Part shown: piece after piece, positions 48,726-60,014 of the stretch | Numbering within the stretch: position 1 is the stretch's first letter | Layout of the letters: each line of letters starts with the position of its first letter | Program-made: the position numbers and the translations under genes | Notes under the pieces: model-generated | Seen by the model: the letters and a program-made list of their open reading frames with translations, nothing else | What the model was told of the DNA's origin: nothing | Databases searched by the model: none | Source: Nitrospira japonica | GTDB taxonomy: Bacteria > Nitrospirota > Thermodesulfovibrionia > Thermodesulfovibrionales > SM23-35 | Length of the DNA stretch: 64,000 nt | Direction: 5' to 3' | Assembly (NCBI GenBank): GCA_020725385.1 | Contig: DYFC01000006.1 | Span: forward strand, 1 to 64,000

Positions 48726-49298
48726 CTACAAATTTTGAAGTTTTAAGAAATTGTTTAAGAGTCTTTTCCCTTCTCTGGTGAGAATTGATTCTGGATGGAA
48801 TTGGACACCCTCTATTATAAAAATCTTATGTCTTACACCCATAATTTCCCCACTTTCTGTCCATGCAGTAATTTCAAGACAATCGGGCAAAGTCTCCTTT
48901 TTTATTATTAAAGAATGGTATCTCGTTGCTTCAAAAGGATTTTCAAGCCCTTCAAAAATTGTTTTACCATCATGATATATCATTGATGTTTTGCCATGCA
49001 TGAGTTTTGGCGCTCTGATAATTTCTCCACCAAATGCAGCTCCTATCGCCTGATGGCCAAGACATACACCGAGAATCGGTATTCTTCCTGCAAAATTCTT
49101 TATTACATCTATTGAAATTCCTGCTTCCTTTGGAGTACATGGCCCTGGAGATATAACGATTCTGTCAGGCTTCATTTCTTCAATATCAGAAATCTTTATT
49201 TTATTGTTCCTGAATACTTTAATATCTTCACCAAGTTCTCCAAAATATTGAACAAGGTTATAAGTAAAAGAATCATAATTATCAATCATTAATAGCAT
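48726..49298 (-). CDS. trpG: Anthranilate synthase component II
   Basis: [29 protein letters not shown]; lies between trpE and trpD. Confidence 0.95.
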   Translation of the reverse strand: MLLMIDNYDSFTYNLVQYFGELGEDIKVFRNNKIKISDIEEMKPDRIVISPGPCTPKEAGISIDVIKNFAGRIPILGVCLGHQAIGAAFGGEIIRAPKLMHGKTSMIYHDGKTIFEGLENPFEATRYHSLIIKKETLPDCLEITAWTESGEIMGVRHKIFIIEGVQFHPESILTREGKRLLNNFLKLQNL

Positions 49299-49308
49299 GT
49301 TATCACCT

Positions 49309-50808
49309 TTAGTGTAATTGCTTCTCAGCCATATTTACTGCTTTCATCATACCCATAGCTTTATTTAAAGTTTCTTCATACTCTTTTTCCGGGATAGAGT
49401 CTGCGACTATTCCAGCTCCTGCCTGAACATATACTTTATTGCCTTTGATTATTAAAGTTCTTATTGTTATACATGTATCCATATTGCCTGAATAGCTAAT
49501 ATATCCGACTGCTCCGGCATAAGGACCTCTTCTAACAGGCTCGAGCTCTTCGATAATTTCCATTGCTCTTACCTTAGGTGCGCCTGTCACTGTTCCGGCA
49601 GGAAAACATGCCTCAAGCACATTAAAAGCATCGAGCCCTTCTTTAAGTATGCCTTGAACATTAGAAACAAGATGCATAACATGACTGTATCTTTCAATAG
49701 ACATTAGTTCTGTAACCTTTACTGTACCGACTTCAGAAACTTTTCCAACATCGTTTCTGCCAAGATCAACAAGCATTATATGCTCTGCTATTTCTTTTGG
49801 ATCTTTTTTCAACTCTTCTTCAAGTCTTATATCTTCTTCCTCTGTTTCTCCTCTTTTTCTGGTTCCTGCTATAGGTCTTAGAATAATTTGTCTGCCTTCA
49901 AGTCTTACAAGTATCTCCGGAGAAGAACCAACAAGTTTAGTGTCGCCTGTATCAATATAGTACATATACGGAGATGGATTTATAACACGCAACGCTCTGT
50001 AAACATTAAAAGGATCCGAGGAAAATTCACAACCGAACCTCTGTGAAAGAACCACCTGAACAATATCTCCTGAAAAAATATATTCTTTGCATTTTAAAAC
50101 CGCATTTTCAAATGCTTCTTTTGAGATGAATGACGATAAATACCTTCTTTGCTGTTCATCCTTATTTAAAGATGGCAATAATGGATTGGCTTTCCTGGTA
50201 CGACTTTTTGCTTTTCTAAGCTTCTCTACAATATTATCAATCTTTTGCCCGGCTTCTTTATATGCTTCCTCTATTGTTTTATTGTTTATATGTGCATTGG
50301 ATACAACTTTAATTTTCCCTTTCAAATTATCAAATATAACGACAGTATCTGTAACCATGAGGAATATATCCGGCAATTTGAGTGATTCTTTCTTATAATC
50401 TGGCAATTCTTCAAAGAATCTCACCATGTCATATCCTATATAACCGACAAGTCCTCCGTAAAATCTCGGCAGTCCGGGGACATCAACAGGTTTATAAGCA
50501 GTGAGTTCCCTTTTTATAATGTCAAAAGGGTTTTTTGTTTTGATACGTTGGGTACCTTTTTCTGTATCTTTTATCTCTATTTTATTACCCCAACCCTTTA
50601 TAATTCTTGATGGTTTTGAACCGAGAAAAGAATAACGAGCCCATTTTTCTCCACCAATCATGCTTTCAAGCAAAAAGGAAGGCGAACCTCCGAGTTTTAG
50701 CGCTGCAGAAACAGGGGTTTCAGTATCAGCAAGGATTTCTTTATAAACAGGAATTAGATTTCCTTTTGATGAAAGTGCCCTGAATGTTTCTAAATCAGGA
50801 TACAACAT
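49309..50808 (-). CDS. trpE: Anthranilate synthase component I
   Basis: [36 protein letters not shown]. Confidence 0.96.
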   Translation of the reverse strand: MLYPDLETFRALSSKGNLIPVYKEILADTETPVSAALKLGGSPSFLLESMIGGEKWARYSFLGSKPSRIIKGWGNKIEIKDTEKGTQRIKTKNPFDIIKRELTAYKPVDVPGLPRFYGGLVGYIGYDMVRFFEELPDYKKESLKLPDIFLMVTDTVVIFDNLKGKIKVVSNAHINNKTIEEAYKEAGQKIDNIVEKLRKAKSRTRKANPLLPSLNKDEQQRRYLSSFISKEAFENAVLKCKEYIFSGDIVQVVLSQRFGCEFSSDPFNVYRALRVINPSPYMYYIDTGDTKLVGSSPEILVRLEGRQIILRPIAGTRKRGETEEEDIRLEEELKKDPKEIAEHIMLVDLGRNDVGKVSEVGTVKVTELMSIERYSHVMHLVSNVQGILKEGLDAFNVLEACFPAGTVTGAPKVRAMEIIEELEPVRRGPYAGAVGYISYSGNMDTCITIRTLIIKGNKVYVQAGAGIVADSIPEKEYEETLNKAMGMMKAVNMAEKQLH

Positions 50809-50943
50809 ATTGACAAAAACTATCCTTTCCTATTAGTATTATTAAAGTTCAATTATAGCTTATTATTGCTCGATAAGTTAAGAGTTTTAAGACAATATTT
50901 TTTTCTTAAGATTTATACTTTCTGTCTTGCAATAACTTTAAAT

Positions 50944-51019
<76 letters not shown>

Positions 51020-51122
51020 TTATAGTATTTAGATCAAAGTTAATATTTATAAGAGATATAAGCCGGTTTTCGTTTAATTATTTTAAACTTATCACTTTTT
51101 GTGCTGAATTTTTTCATAGATT

Positions 51123-51197
51123 GGCGGCGTACCCAAGTGGCAAGGGAGAGGTCTGCAAAACCTTTATGCAGCGGTTCAAATCCGCTCGCCGCCTCCA
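51123..51197 (+). tRNA. tRNA-Cys(GCA)
   Basis: GGCGGCG acceptor stem, anticodon loop CTGCAAA, GTTCAAA T-loop, encoded CCA. Confidence 0.97.
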
Positions 51198-53008
51198 ACA
51201 ACAAGCTGTTCAAGAATACCCGGATCTAAACCTTTTTGTTCAAAATAATCTTTTTCGAGTGTTTCAACATAAAACCTATCAAGTCCGCTGTTATCCAGAA
51301 AATCTTCTCTTAAAGTAATATCTTTGTTCTTTATTACTATTGGCAATAAATGATTTATATAGAAAGATTCCTTTTGTAAGTCAATAAATACCTTTTCGAA
51401 TAATTTTTTAGGCACATCAACATGAATGCCTTTTTCGGATAATTCACGTATTATATCTTCATGAACCTTTTCACGCCCTCTTCGTGTATCAAGCCCGGGG
51501 AAGAAACTGCGTAAACGTTCTTTCAATGCTGCATAAACCAAGCGATATAGTTTTTCCTCCTCTGAAATGCTTCTAAGTTCAGCGATAACCTCTTTTAAAG
51601 AAGCATCTCCTGCTGATATTTTTTTAATGCCCTTGTTTATTGCCTGTACCTTTTTTCTACCATAAGCTGATATATACTTATTGTTTAATAATGTTTGAAT
51701 AAATACTTCATCAAAAAGTTTCGGGTCGAGTTGATCAAATTCTTTTTTGTTTCCTATCAGGCTTCTTAATGAATCCTCTGTTAAATCTATATTCTCAAGA
51801 AAAGCAATTTTACTGAGAACCGAAGAGGTATTGTCATATCTATCAAAATAGGTAACAACAGAAGTAAATTCCTCGAAATAACTGAAATCATTTGTTTCAC
51901 GAACTATCTCATCACATGTGCGAACAGTGTCAAGAAGAACCTGTTCAAATCCTTTGTCTCCTTTTAGCTCGGCAACTTTTTTTGCTTTTATCAATCTAAC
52001 TATATCTTCATTTATTATATGTTTCTTAAGAGCCGGATCTTTGAAAAACAGGCTCTGAAGTATTGTTCTTGTCTCAAGAAGATATTCAGGTTCTTCGGTT
52101 TGCTGAACTTTTTTCCCCTTCAAGAGAAGTTCATCAAGTGTATCAAACAGCACTTCGGGAATATTATTTCTTATTCCGAGTGTGCGCAATCTGTTAAGTC
52201 TTGCGATTTCGGATTTCTGCAGGGTCTCTCTCTGCATTCCTGCAAGCAAAATGTCTCTATATTCATCAACAACGCTTTTATTTTCCGGGTGACGGTACAT
52301 AATATCAATTCTCATTCTCTCAAGCTGGTAACGGTCAATATCATAACGGGCTACAATTTCTTCAAGATAAAGCTCTTCATTGAGGGAAAGCATACGCTCT
52401 CTTGAATAAAACTTTTTTAATCCACTATAAAATTTCTCATTCCCTATATTTACGAGTTTGAATATAAAAACAGTTGAGTTTTTCTCTTTAAGTTCAGAAA
52501 TGAAACCATTTAGAAGTTCTGTGTCTTTATCCTCGGAAATTAAATTGGTTCTCTTAAGAAATTTCCCAACAGACCTTAAGATAAGTTTCTGTCTTCTAAT
52601 ATAATCTCCCTGAAAATCGGATGATACAAAGAAATAATAGTTCTTTACTGCATGTCCATGAAGAAAAAGACGGTAGAAAGATTCTTTGCCTTCGGTATTA
52701 TTTGTAAAAACAACTTTTTCATTTTTATCAATAAAAGCCCCGAACATTATAAGTCTGTTTACAACTGACTTTTTTATTAAGTCTTTAATAGGTTTTTCAA
52801 CGCCGAACATATACTCACAGAAACTACCACCCGTTCCATTGTAATGAACCCCTGTCTCTGTTATAGTAAACTCGTTCCCGCGCGAGAAGAATCTGATGCT
52901 GTTTGTATTTTCTTCATAAAAATAGTTGCTATATATCCCCGGGCCACTGATAAAGGCAAAATATTCTATACTTCCGATAGTTCCGTGTAATCTAAGGTCA
53001 TTTATCAT
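51176..53008 (-). CDS. Conserved hypothetical protein, probably TIGR04442 family
   Basis: Long ORF; N-terminus MINDLRLHG...RFFSRGNE...GGSFCEYMFG resembles the family as I recall it. Confidence 0.7.
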   Translation of the reverse strand: MINDLRLHGTIGSIEYFAFISGPGIYSNYFYEENTNSIRFFSRGNEFTITETGVHYNGTGGSFCEYMFGVEKPIKDLIKKSVVNRLIMFGAFIDKNEKVVFTNNTEGKESFYRLFLHGHAVKNYYFFVSSDFQGDYIRRQKLILRSVGKFLKRTNLISEDKDTELLNGFISELKEKNSTVFIFKLVNIGNEKFYSGLKKFYSRERMLSLNEELYLEEIVARYDIDRYQLERMRIDIMYRHPENKSVVDEYRDILLAGMQRETLQKSEIARLNRLRTLGIRNNIPEVLFDTLDELLLKGKKVQQTEEPEYLLETRTILQSLFFKDPALKKHIINEDIVRLIKAKKVAELKGDKGFEQVLLDTVRTCDEIVRETNDFSYFEEFTSVVTYFDRYDNTSSVLSKIAFLENIDLTEDSLRSLIGNKKEFDQLDPKLFDEVFIQTLLNNKYISAYGRKKVQAINKGIKKISAGDASLKEVIAELRSISEEEKLYRLVYAALKERLRSFFPGLDTRRGREKVHEDIIRELSEKGIHVDVPKKLFEKVFIDLQKESFYINHLLPIVIKNKDITLREDFLDNSGLDRFYVETLEKDYFEQKGLDPGILEQLVVGGGERI

Positions 53009-53171
53009 GAAAGAAATATATCATAGTAGTTGAGATAAAATAAACAGGAAATAAAAAAATGTATTATATAAACTTCCGGGCCGGCAAGTAAAAAAGCAAA
53101 AAGCGAAGAGCAAAAACAAAAATACAAAGCGAAACAATGAAAAAGCATCAATTCAAGATAAAAAAGAAGCA

Positions 53172-53250
53172 AGATTCCTCAGCCGCTTATATTCCTTCGA
53201 AAGACAATACAAGCCTTCTTTATTGTCATTTCGAGCGAAGCGAGAAATCT
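53172..53250. repeat. REP-like short palindromic element pair
   Basis: TGTCATTTCGAGCGAAGCGAGAAATCT (53224-53250) with a degenerate inverted copy AGATTCCTC...TCGAAAGACAATA. Confidence 0.6.
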
Positions 53251-53312
53251 TTAAGGCTTTCAAAATTTGCCGTGAATTGCTGGCTTAACAGATTGAAGAT
53301 GTTGTGAAAGAT

Positions 53313-53471
53313 TTATTTTTCTTCCTCTTGAGTTTCTTCTTTTTCAGTTTTAATGGTCACATCTCTAACGAATTCAGTGCATCGCATATCCTTGCCGGAA
53401 ACACTAAATTTTTTCTGGCATGTTTCACGCCATGCACAGATAGCACATATACTTATATCTTCTGAAGTCAT
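53313..53471 (-). CDS. 52-aa four-cysteine microprotein (not in the ORF track)
   Basis: MTSEDISICAICAWRETCQKKFSVSGKDMRCTEFVRDVTIKTEKEETQEEEK*; ATGA overlap with the upstream stop. Confidence 0.8.
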   Translation of the reverse strand: MTSEDISICAICAWRETCQKKFSVSGKDMRCTEFVRDVTIKTEKEETQEEEK

Positions 53472-54301
53472 TGGTTCCTCCTGAAATACCAGCTTAATAC
53501 TTTTTCAATATTTGAAATTATATTGTCCTTAGCATTTATTATAAATATCTTATCATTTATATGAAAGAGTTCTTTTTCCATCCTTATTATTTCTGGCGGA
53601 GCAATATATTTTTTCTTTAATTCTTCTTCAAACATTAAGACTATTTTATCTTTCATCCTCAGTTCTGTATCATCAAAAAAAATACTTATTTCCGGATGTA
53701 AATCTTCAATTCTTTCGAAAAAGGCTGAAATTTCCTTCTGATATATTTGCTTTGGAGGAGAAGATTTTATTTCCATATAAAGAATAGAGCTGTCAACTTT
53801 TGCGATTAGATCATAATCCCCGCCAACTCTGGGACGTTTGAAACGTATACCCCAGATTGCTTCTATAGCAAATTCCTTCTTAAGAATTTCCGAAAGGAAC
53901 CATTCAAGTGTTTCGCCAAAACTTTTGATAGGTCTATTTTTCAGTCTATATTCAGGATAATTGTACTCAACCATATCTATTTTTATAAGATAATCAATAT
54001 ATTCTTTTGTGACTCCTGAAGTAGCATAGCGTGTAACTTCCTCGGGTTTGAATCCTTCCTGTTTTTTTATCACATCTCTTAAAAAAAGACGGAAAGAATA
54101 TTTTTTCAACATCTCATAAAAACTTGATAAAAATTCTTCGGAAGGAATTAATAAGTCATCGGATGGTTTTGATTTAAAGATTTTAAATCCCCTTCTTTTT
54201 AAAAGCATTTCAAGTGAAGGAGTTAAATCTGAGAGAGACTTCCTGAGCCTCTTTATCTCGTCTCTTAAATCCTGTGACGGATCACGACCTTTTTTATCCA
54301 T
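53468..54301 (-). CDS. Hypothetical protein with a PD-(D/E)XK nuclease-like motif
   Basis: GETLEW...GGDYDLIA...YMEIKS. Confidence 0.65.
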   Translation of the reverse strand: MDKKGRDPSQDLRDEIKRLRKSLSDLTPSLEMLLKRRGFKIFKSKPSDDLLIPSEEFLSSFYEMLKKYSFRLFLRDVIKKQEGFKPEEVTRYATSGVTKEYIDYLIKIDMVEYNYPEYRLKNRPIKSFGETLEWFLSEILKKEFAIEAIWGIRFKRPRVGGDYDLIAKVDSSILYMEIKSSPPKQIYQKEISAFFERIEDLHPEISIFFDDTELRMKDKIVLMFEEELKKKYIAPPEIIRMEKELFHINDKIFIINAKDNIISNIEKVLSWYFRRNQ

Positions 54302-54335
54302 TACTAAAGTATATTTTAAAACACAATCATTTGAA

Positions 54336-54728
54336 TTAAATAAATTTTATAGCAACTCTTCTGTGTCTTGGTCCGTCAAACTCGCAGAAAAATATTGATT
54401 GCCATGTTCCTAAAAGAAGCTTTCCTTCATCAATAATTAAATTTGCTGAAGTTCCTACGAGAGTCGATTTAATATGCGCATCGGCATTCCCTTCGCGGTG
54501 GGAATAATTCATTTCATGCGGGATCAGCCTATTTAAAGCATTTATAATATCACGTTGGACACTCGGATCAGCGCCTTCATTGATAGTTATTCCTGCGGTT
54601 GTATGAGGAACATAAAGACAACAAATCCCTTTAATGACGCCTGCTTCTTTAATGACTTCCTGAACCATTTCTGTTATATCTATTAACTCAATTCTTGTTT
54701 TACTCTTTAAATTAATATGCTTTATCAT
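54336..54728 (-). CDS. yjbQ: YjbQ family protein (secondary thiamine-phosphate synthase)
   Basis: HTTAGITINE, NADAHIK, LGTWQ, EFDGPR. Confidence 0.93.
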   Translation of the reverse strand: MIKHINLKSKTRIELIDITEMVQEVIKEAGVIKGICCLYVPHTTAGITINEGADPSVQRDIINALNRLIPHEMNYSHREGNADAHIKSTLVGTSANLIIDEGKLLLGTWQSIFFCEFDGPRHRRVAIKFI

Positions 54729-54730
54729 AA

Positions 54731-55744
54731 CTACCTCCCGAGGGCCTCTGTATAGAACTCATTATCAATATGAAATTTTATTGCTAATGAAAATAAATTT
54801 TCAGGCAAATTAAATGTTTTTACTTTAATTATATCCTTTTCTGTCGTAACAATCCATTCTAAATTATTTTCTTTGGCCTCATTGATAATATGTCGGATGT
54901 CGGTTTCTGTAAAATTATGATGGTCACGAAACGTCTTAAAATATTTAAGATTAACACCTATTGAAAGCAAAGTTTCTTTAAAAGACTCTGGATTGCCTAT
55001 TGCGCAAAAGCCATAAAAAGTTTTTCCGGCTGCCCATTCAATAGGATATATGACACCATTAATATTCTTAAAATACAATGGCTTATGCTTTGAATAGAAA
55101 ACAGGAGCGTTGAAATTATATTTTCTAATCATCTTTAATGTTTTATGTGAACCAATATCTATATTATTTTCCCCTGAATCTGTTTTTGTTATAACAATTA
55201 TATCCGCTCTTTTTATTTCACTAATAGGTTCCCGCAGTCTTCCAACTGGTAGAAGTTTATTGTTACCAAATGGATTCATACTGTCAATTAGAACAATATC
55301 CTTATCCCTGTACAATCCCCAGTGCTGGAACCCATCATCGAGAATAAAAAGATCCGGTTTTTTCTCATGCGGTATGTTATTGAGTGCGAAGATTCCAGCT
55401 TCATATCTGTTAATTCCTTTAACAATAGGTATTTCTTTAAGATATTGTGCCATAAGGAAAGGTTCGTCTCCTGCTGTCTTTACATCCATTAAAGGACCGT
55501 CTCCTTTGCTTATGAAACAGATGTCGCTGGCATCTCCCCTATAACCTCTTGTTAGTATACATGGTTTAAAACCTTTTTCCTTAGCCTTTTCAGCGATAGC
55601 AATTGTTGCAGGTGTCTTACCCGTTCCCCCTGTTGTTATATTCCCGATGCTTATTACTTTCACAGGAAGCTTCTTCTGATTGGATAGTTTAATCTTCTTT
55701 TTTGCTGAACATCCTGCATAATATAGAATTTCAAATATATTCAT
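54731..55744 (-). CDS. lpxK: Tetraacyldisaccharide 4'-kinase
   Basis: GNITTGGTGKTP, RGY, GDEP, LDDGFQH, LPVGRLRE, TTEKD. Confidence 0.96.
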   Translation of the reverse strand: MNIFEILYYAGCSAKKKIKLSNQKKLPVKVISIGNITTGGTGKTPATIAIAEKAKEKGFKPCILTRGYRGDASDICFISKGDGPLMDVKTAGDEPFLMAQYLKEIPIVKGINRYEAGIFALNNIPHEKKPDLFILDDGFQHWGLYRDKDIVLIDSMNPFGNNKLLPVGRLREPISEIKRADIIVITKTDSGENNIDIGSHKTLKMIRKYNFNAPVFYSKHKPLYFKNINGVIYPIEWAAGKTFYGFCAIGNPESFKETLLSIGVNLKYFKTFRDHHNFTETDIRHIINEAKENNLEWIVTTEKDIIKVKTFNLPENLFSLAIKFHIDNEFYTEALGR

Positions 55745-55926
55745 TTGCTTATTTTAATCCCGATTTTCCGGTTCTCCCAACATATGAATTTTATCAGGCA
55801 AAATTTATTCAATCAGAAAAATATAACCGGGGAGTCTGGAGCTATTTTACAATACTGTTGTCAATGCTTAGATACAAGATCATCATGCCGAATTTTCAGC
55901 ATTTTTGTATCGTATAATTAGTACAA

Positions 55927-57747
55927 CTAAACCACCCTAACAGGGTTAATGCTCTCGAATTCCCTTATGATTTCATCTATTTCAGAGCTATCCAGTGTTT
56001 CTTTTTCAAGCAATTTTTTTGCAAAGATTTCAAGTAAGTCCCGATTTTCTGTAAGAAGATTTATTGCATTATTATAAGCTTCAATAACTATTCTTTTAAC
56101 CTCTTCATCAATCTCAACAGCGGTCTTCTCGCTATAATCTTTATGTCTGGCAATCTCTCTGCCGAGAAATATCTGTTCGTCTTTTTTACCAAAGGTTAAA
56201 GGTCCTAATCTGTCGGACATTCCCCATTCAGTAACCATTTTTCTTGCAAGTTCTGTTGCTCTTTCAAGATCATTTCCTGCTCCTGTTGTCATATGCTGCA
56301 AGGCTATCTCTTCTGCAGCTCTTCCACCAAGTAAGACGGTAAGGGTTTTCATGAGATATTCTTTTGAATATGTATAACGATCATCGATTGGCAGTTGTTG
56401 TGTAACACCAAGTGCCCTACCTCTCGGAATTATACTTACTTTATGTAAGGGATCTGTACCGGGTGTAAGTCTTGCAACAAGAGCATGACCTGCTTCGTGA
56501 TATGCTGTATTCTTTTTTTCTTCCTCGCTGATAATCATGCTTTTTCTTTCAACACCCATTAATACTTTATCTTTTGCTGCCTCGAAATCAGACCTCTCAA
56601 TCTTTGTTTTTCCAACACGGGCTGCGAGTAATGCTGCTTCATTGACCAGATTTTCAAGATCAGCGCCTGAAAAACCGGGTGTGCCCCTTGCTATTTGTTC
56701 GAGATTCACATTCTCATCAATGGGCTTATTTCTTGTATGAACTTTCAATATCTCGAGCCTTCCTTTTACATCAGGCTGCGGAACAACAACCTGTCTGTCA
56801 AATCTTCCCGGTCTTAATAGCGCAGGATCAAGCACATCCGGTCTATTAGTTGCTGCAATAATAATAACTCCTTGATTTGCTTCGAACCCGTCCATTTCTA
56901 CAAGAAGCTGGTTTAATGTCTGCTCTCTTTCATCATGGCCTCCGCCAAGTCCTGCACCACGATGTCTTCCAACAGCGTCTATTTCATCAATAAATATTAT
57001 GCATGGTGAATTTTTTTTCGCCTGATCAAAAAGATCTCTCACTCTTGAAGCTCCTACTCCAACAAACATTTCAACAAAATCAGAGCCTGATATTGAGAAA
57101 AATGGAACACCTGCTTCTCCGGCAATTGCTCTTGCAAGAAGCGTTTTTCCTGTGCCGGGCGCGCCTACAAGCAATACACCTTTCGGAATTTTACCGCCAA
57201 GTTTCTGAAATTTCTGGGGATCTTTAAGAAAATCTATTATTTCCTGAACTTCTGCTTTTGCTTCTTCAATACCTGCGACATCAGCAAAAGTTACCTTTAC
57301 TGCTTTTTCTGATATAAGTTTTGCCTTTGCTTTTCCAAAAGAAAGAGCTTTGTTCCCTCCTGTCTGCATCTGGCGCATAAAAAATATCCAGATAACAACA
57401 AGAAAAATTATAGGCCCCCATGAAAAGAAAAGATTCCAGTACCATGGGTTCTGTTCTTCAGGCTTTACCGCGATTTTTACATTTTTTTCTTTTAGAATTT
57501 TTACAAGGTCAGGGTATTCTGTAGTAAATGTCCTGAATTTTTTCCCGTCTTTTAATTGACCTGTTACAACATTTCCTTTTATAGTCACTTCTTCAATCTG
57601 ATTTTCATCAAGCTTTGTAATAAAATCGGAAAAAATAATCTCTTCTTCGGCTTTTTTTGGCATATTCATTAGATTAAAGAGAACTATCATCATAATGCCA
57701 ATCAAAAGCCACATTACAAGACTTCTATAGTTATTCATTTTATTCAT
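55927..57747 (-). CDS. ftsH: ATP-dependent zinc metalloprotease FtsH
   Basis: Two TMs, [20 protein letters not shown]. Confidence 0.98.
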   Translation of the reverse strand: MNKMNNYRSLVMWLLIGIMMIVLFNLMNMPKKAEEEIIFSDFITKLDENQIEEVTIKGNVVTGQLKDGKKFRTFTTEYPDLVKILKEKNVKIAVKPEEQNPWYWNLFFSWGPIIFLVVIWIFFMRQMQTGGNKALSFGKAKAKLISEKAVKVTFADVAGIEEAKAEVQEIIDFLKDPQKFQKLGGKIPKGVLLVGAPGTGKTLLARAIAGEAGVPFFSISGSDFVEMFVGVGASRVRDLFDQAKKNSPCIIFIDEIDAVGRHRGAGLGGGHDEREQTLNQLLVEMDGFEANQGVIIIAATNRPDVLDPALLRPGRFDRQVVVPQPDVKGRLEILKVHTRNKPIDENVNLEQIARGTPGFSGADLENLVNEAALLAARVGKTKIERSDFEAAKDKVLMGVERKSMIISEEEKKNTAYHEAGHALVARLTPGTDPLHKVSIIPRGRALGVTQQLPIDDRYTYSKEYLMKTLTVLLGGRAAEEIALQHMTTGAGNDLERATELARKMVTEWGMSDRLGPLTFGKKDEQIFLGREIARHKDYSEKTAVEIDEEVKRIVIEAYNNAINLLTENRDLLEIFAKKLLEKETLDSSEIDEIIREFESINPVRVV

Positions 57748-57777
57748 AATTTATATATTTTAGCATATTAAGCGGAT

Positions 57778-58509
57778 TTAAAATTTAAGGACGTCTTCTT
57801 CAATAACTTTCTTTTGAATTTCAATAAGTTGTTTTATCCCCCGGTCGGCGAGTTTAAGTAATAAATTCAAAGTATCATTTGAAAAAGGGTTTCCTTCAGC
57901 AGTTCCCTGAATCTCAACAAATCTTCCGCTTCCTGTCATAACAATATTCATATCAACTTCAGCCTGAGAATCTTCTAAATAACAAAGATCTACCATTGGT
58001 TCTCTATTTACAACACCTACACTTATTGCAGCAAGATAATCCTTCAAAGGTGTTTTATCAATTAAACCGTTTCTTAGTGCAAATTTTAATGCATCAACCA
58101 TACAAATGAAGGCGCCAGTAATCGAAGCTGTTCTTGTGCCCCCGTCTGCCTGTAAAACATCGCAATCAATCCAGATAGTTCTTTCACCAATAGATGAAAG
58201 ATCAACCACTGACCTGAGTGCCCTGCCAATAAGTCTTTGAATTTCATGTGTTCTACCGCTTATTCTACCGGCTACCGCTTCTCTCATTGTTCTTGTATGT
58301 GTCGCTCTTGGCAACATTGAATACTCAGCTGTTATCCAGCCTTTTTTCTGATCTTTAAGAAAAGGCGGCACTTTTTCTTCAATGCTTGCAGTGCATACAA
58401 CTTTTGTATTCCCTATCGAAATAAGTACAGAGCCTTCAGCAGTATTCAAAAAATTCCTTTGTATTTCTATACTTCTAATCTCATCATTTTTTCTTCCATC
58501 CGGTCTCAT
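57778..58509 (-). CDS. rph: Ribonuclease PH
   Basis: [25 protein letters not shown]. Confidence 0.97.
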   Translation of the reverse strand: MRPDGRKNDEIRSIEIQRNFLNTAEGSVLISIGNTKVVCTASIEEKVPPFLKDQKKGWITAEYSMLPRATHTRTMREAVAGRISGRTHEIQRLIGRALRSVVDLSSIGERTIWIDCDVLQADGGTRTASITGAFICMVDALKFALRNGLIDKTPLKDYLAAISVGVVNREPMVDLCYLEDSQAEVDMNIVMTGSGRFVEIQGTAEGNPFSNDTLNLLLKLADRGIKQLIEIQKKVIEEDVLKF

Positions 58510-59319
58510 TTAACCTCCTAATTGAATTTTTTCTATATTATTAATCTTTTCTCCAAGAAATTTTTCTCCAATGTTTAAAAATTTTTCTACTGAATCTGTA
58601 ACAAAAAATTCTCTCAAAGGACTCCCCTCTTTTTTCTTCTCAAGTCCTGAAGTCTTCAATATCTTCTTTATTTCACCAGCAGTCTCGATTGCTGAATCTA
58701 TAAGCGTAACTTCTGAACCCATAACATTAGATATTACTTTCTTAAGTAAAGGATAATGGGTACATCCAAGGACAATTGTATCTATATTGCTGTTTTTAAA
58801 ATTTGAGAGATATTTTTCAGCGATTAAACTTGCTATAGTGCCATCGGTCCAGCCTTCTTCAACCAGAGGGACAAAAAGCGGACAGGCAAGAGCCGTGACC
58901 GAAATTTCCTTATCAAGATTCTTTATAGCTTTTGTGTATGAATTGCTTTTTATAGTAGCTTCTGTTCCTATAACACCAACCATTTTATTCCTTGTAGCCT
59001 TCACAGCAGCCTTTGCACCTGGTTCAATAACCCCTATGACAGGAATATTTACCATTTCTTTAATTGCATCAAGACTTATAGCAGAGGAAGTATTACAGGC
59101 AATAACAAGAAGTTTAATATTTTTTGAAATAAGAAATCTTGTGTTTTCAAAAGAATATCTTAAGACAGTTTCTGGAGAGCGAATTCCATATGGAACTCTT
59201 GCAGTATCCCCAAGATAAACTGTATTCTCATATGGAAGTGCCTTTAATATTTCTTTTAATACAGTCAATCCACCTATTCCTGAATCAAAAACTCCAATTG
59301 GTTGTTCTTTTATATCCAA
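58510..59319 (-). CDS. murI: Glutamate racemase
   Basis: FDSGIGG, ACNT, LGCTHYP; TTG start with AAGGAG RBS. Confidence 0.97.
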   Translation of the reverse strand: MDIKEQPIGVFDSGIGGLTVLKEILKALPYENTVYLGDTARVPYGIRSPETVLRYSFENTRFLISKNIKLLVIACNTSSAISLDAIKEMVNIPVIGVIEPGAKAAVKATRNKMVGVIGTEATIKSNSYTKAIKNLDKEISVTALACPLFVPLVEEGWTDGTIASLIAEKYLSNFKNSNIDTIVLGCTHYPLLKKVISNVMGSEVTLIDSAIETAGEIKKILKTSGLEKKKEGSPLREFFVTDSVEKFLNIGEKFLGEKINNIEKIQLGG

Positions 59320-59453
59320 AACAAACTCCTTTTATCCTTTAGCCGTAACGCGTTGCTCGTTATCCGTACTTAAAAACGGATATGATAAACGATTTTTGCA
59401 ACGCCTGCATTTTTCGGGTTAATCTATATTTTACAATCCCTGATTCTGTCTAT

Positions 59454-60014
59454 TTACGATGTTTCGTATGATACAATTCCTTTTAAAGGATATTTAAGAT
59501 AAAAATGCCCTCCAAGAGTTTCAACTTCTTTCCCTTCAATAAGCACTTTTACATCCTGTATATCTTCTATATTGGAAATAATGCTCTGGTACAAACCTTT
59601 AAGTAAAAGCAATTCTGAAATTGCATCTCCCCGAAAGTTTTTCCTGAATTCCTCCGAAAGATCTACATATAATATTCTGTCAGCACCTTTATAAATACCG
59701 AGGATTTTGACTTCTTTAGGTACAACAGGAACTTTAGTATCAATAGGTCCCTTTAAATATTGTTCGACAACTGCTTCAGCTATTGCAACCGGTAGAGTTC
59801 TCCTCGGCAGTCTTCTTTCTTCTATCTGTAGATGTTCTCCGGCAGGATAATACATTCTGAGCGAATACAGATCCTCGGCATTCTCTGCACCGTTTTTTAT
59901 CTCAATTTTTTTGCTGACTGCTTTTATCGAAGAAAAGTACCAATAGCCCACAAAAACTCCTGAAATAAACAACAAAAATAATACAGAGACACCGATAACT
60001 TTCTTCTTATCCAT
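59454..60014 (-). CDS. GerMN domain protein
   Basis: N-terminal TM; LYVDLS and VKVLIEGKEVETLGGH. Confidence 0.85.
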   Translation of the reverse strand: MDKKKVIGVSVLFLLFISGVFVGYWYFSSIKAVSKKIEIKNGAENAEDLYSLRMYYPAGEHLQIEERRLPRRTLPVAIAEAVVEQYLKGPIDTKVPVVPKEVKILGIYKGADRILYVDLSEEFRKNFRGDAISELLLLKGLYQSIISNIEDIQDVKVLIEGKEVETLGGHFYLKYPLKGIVSYETS

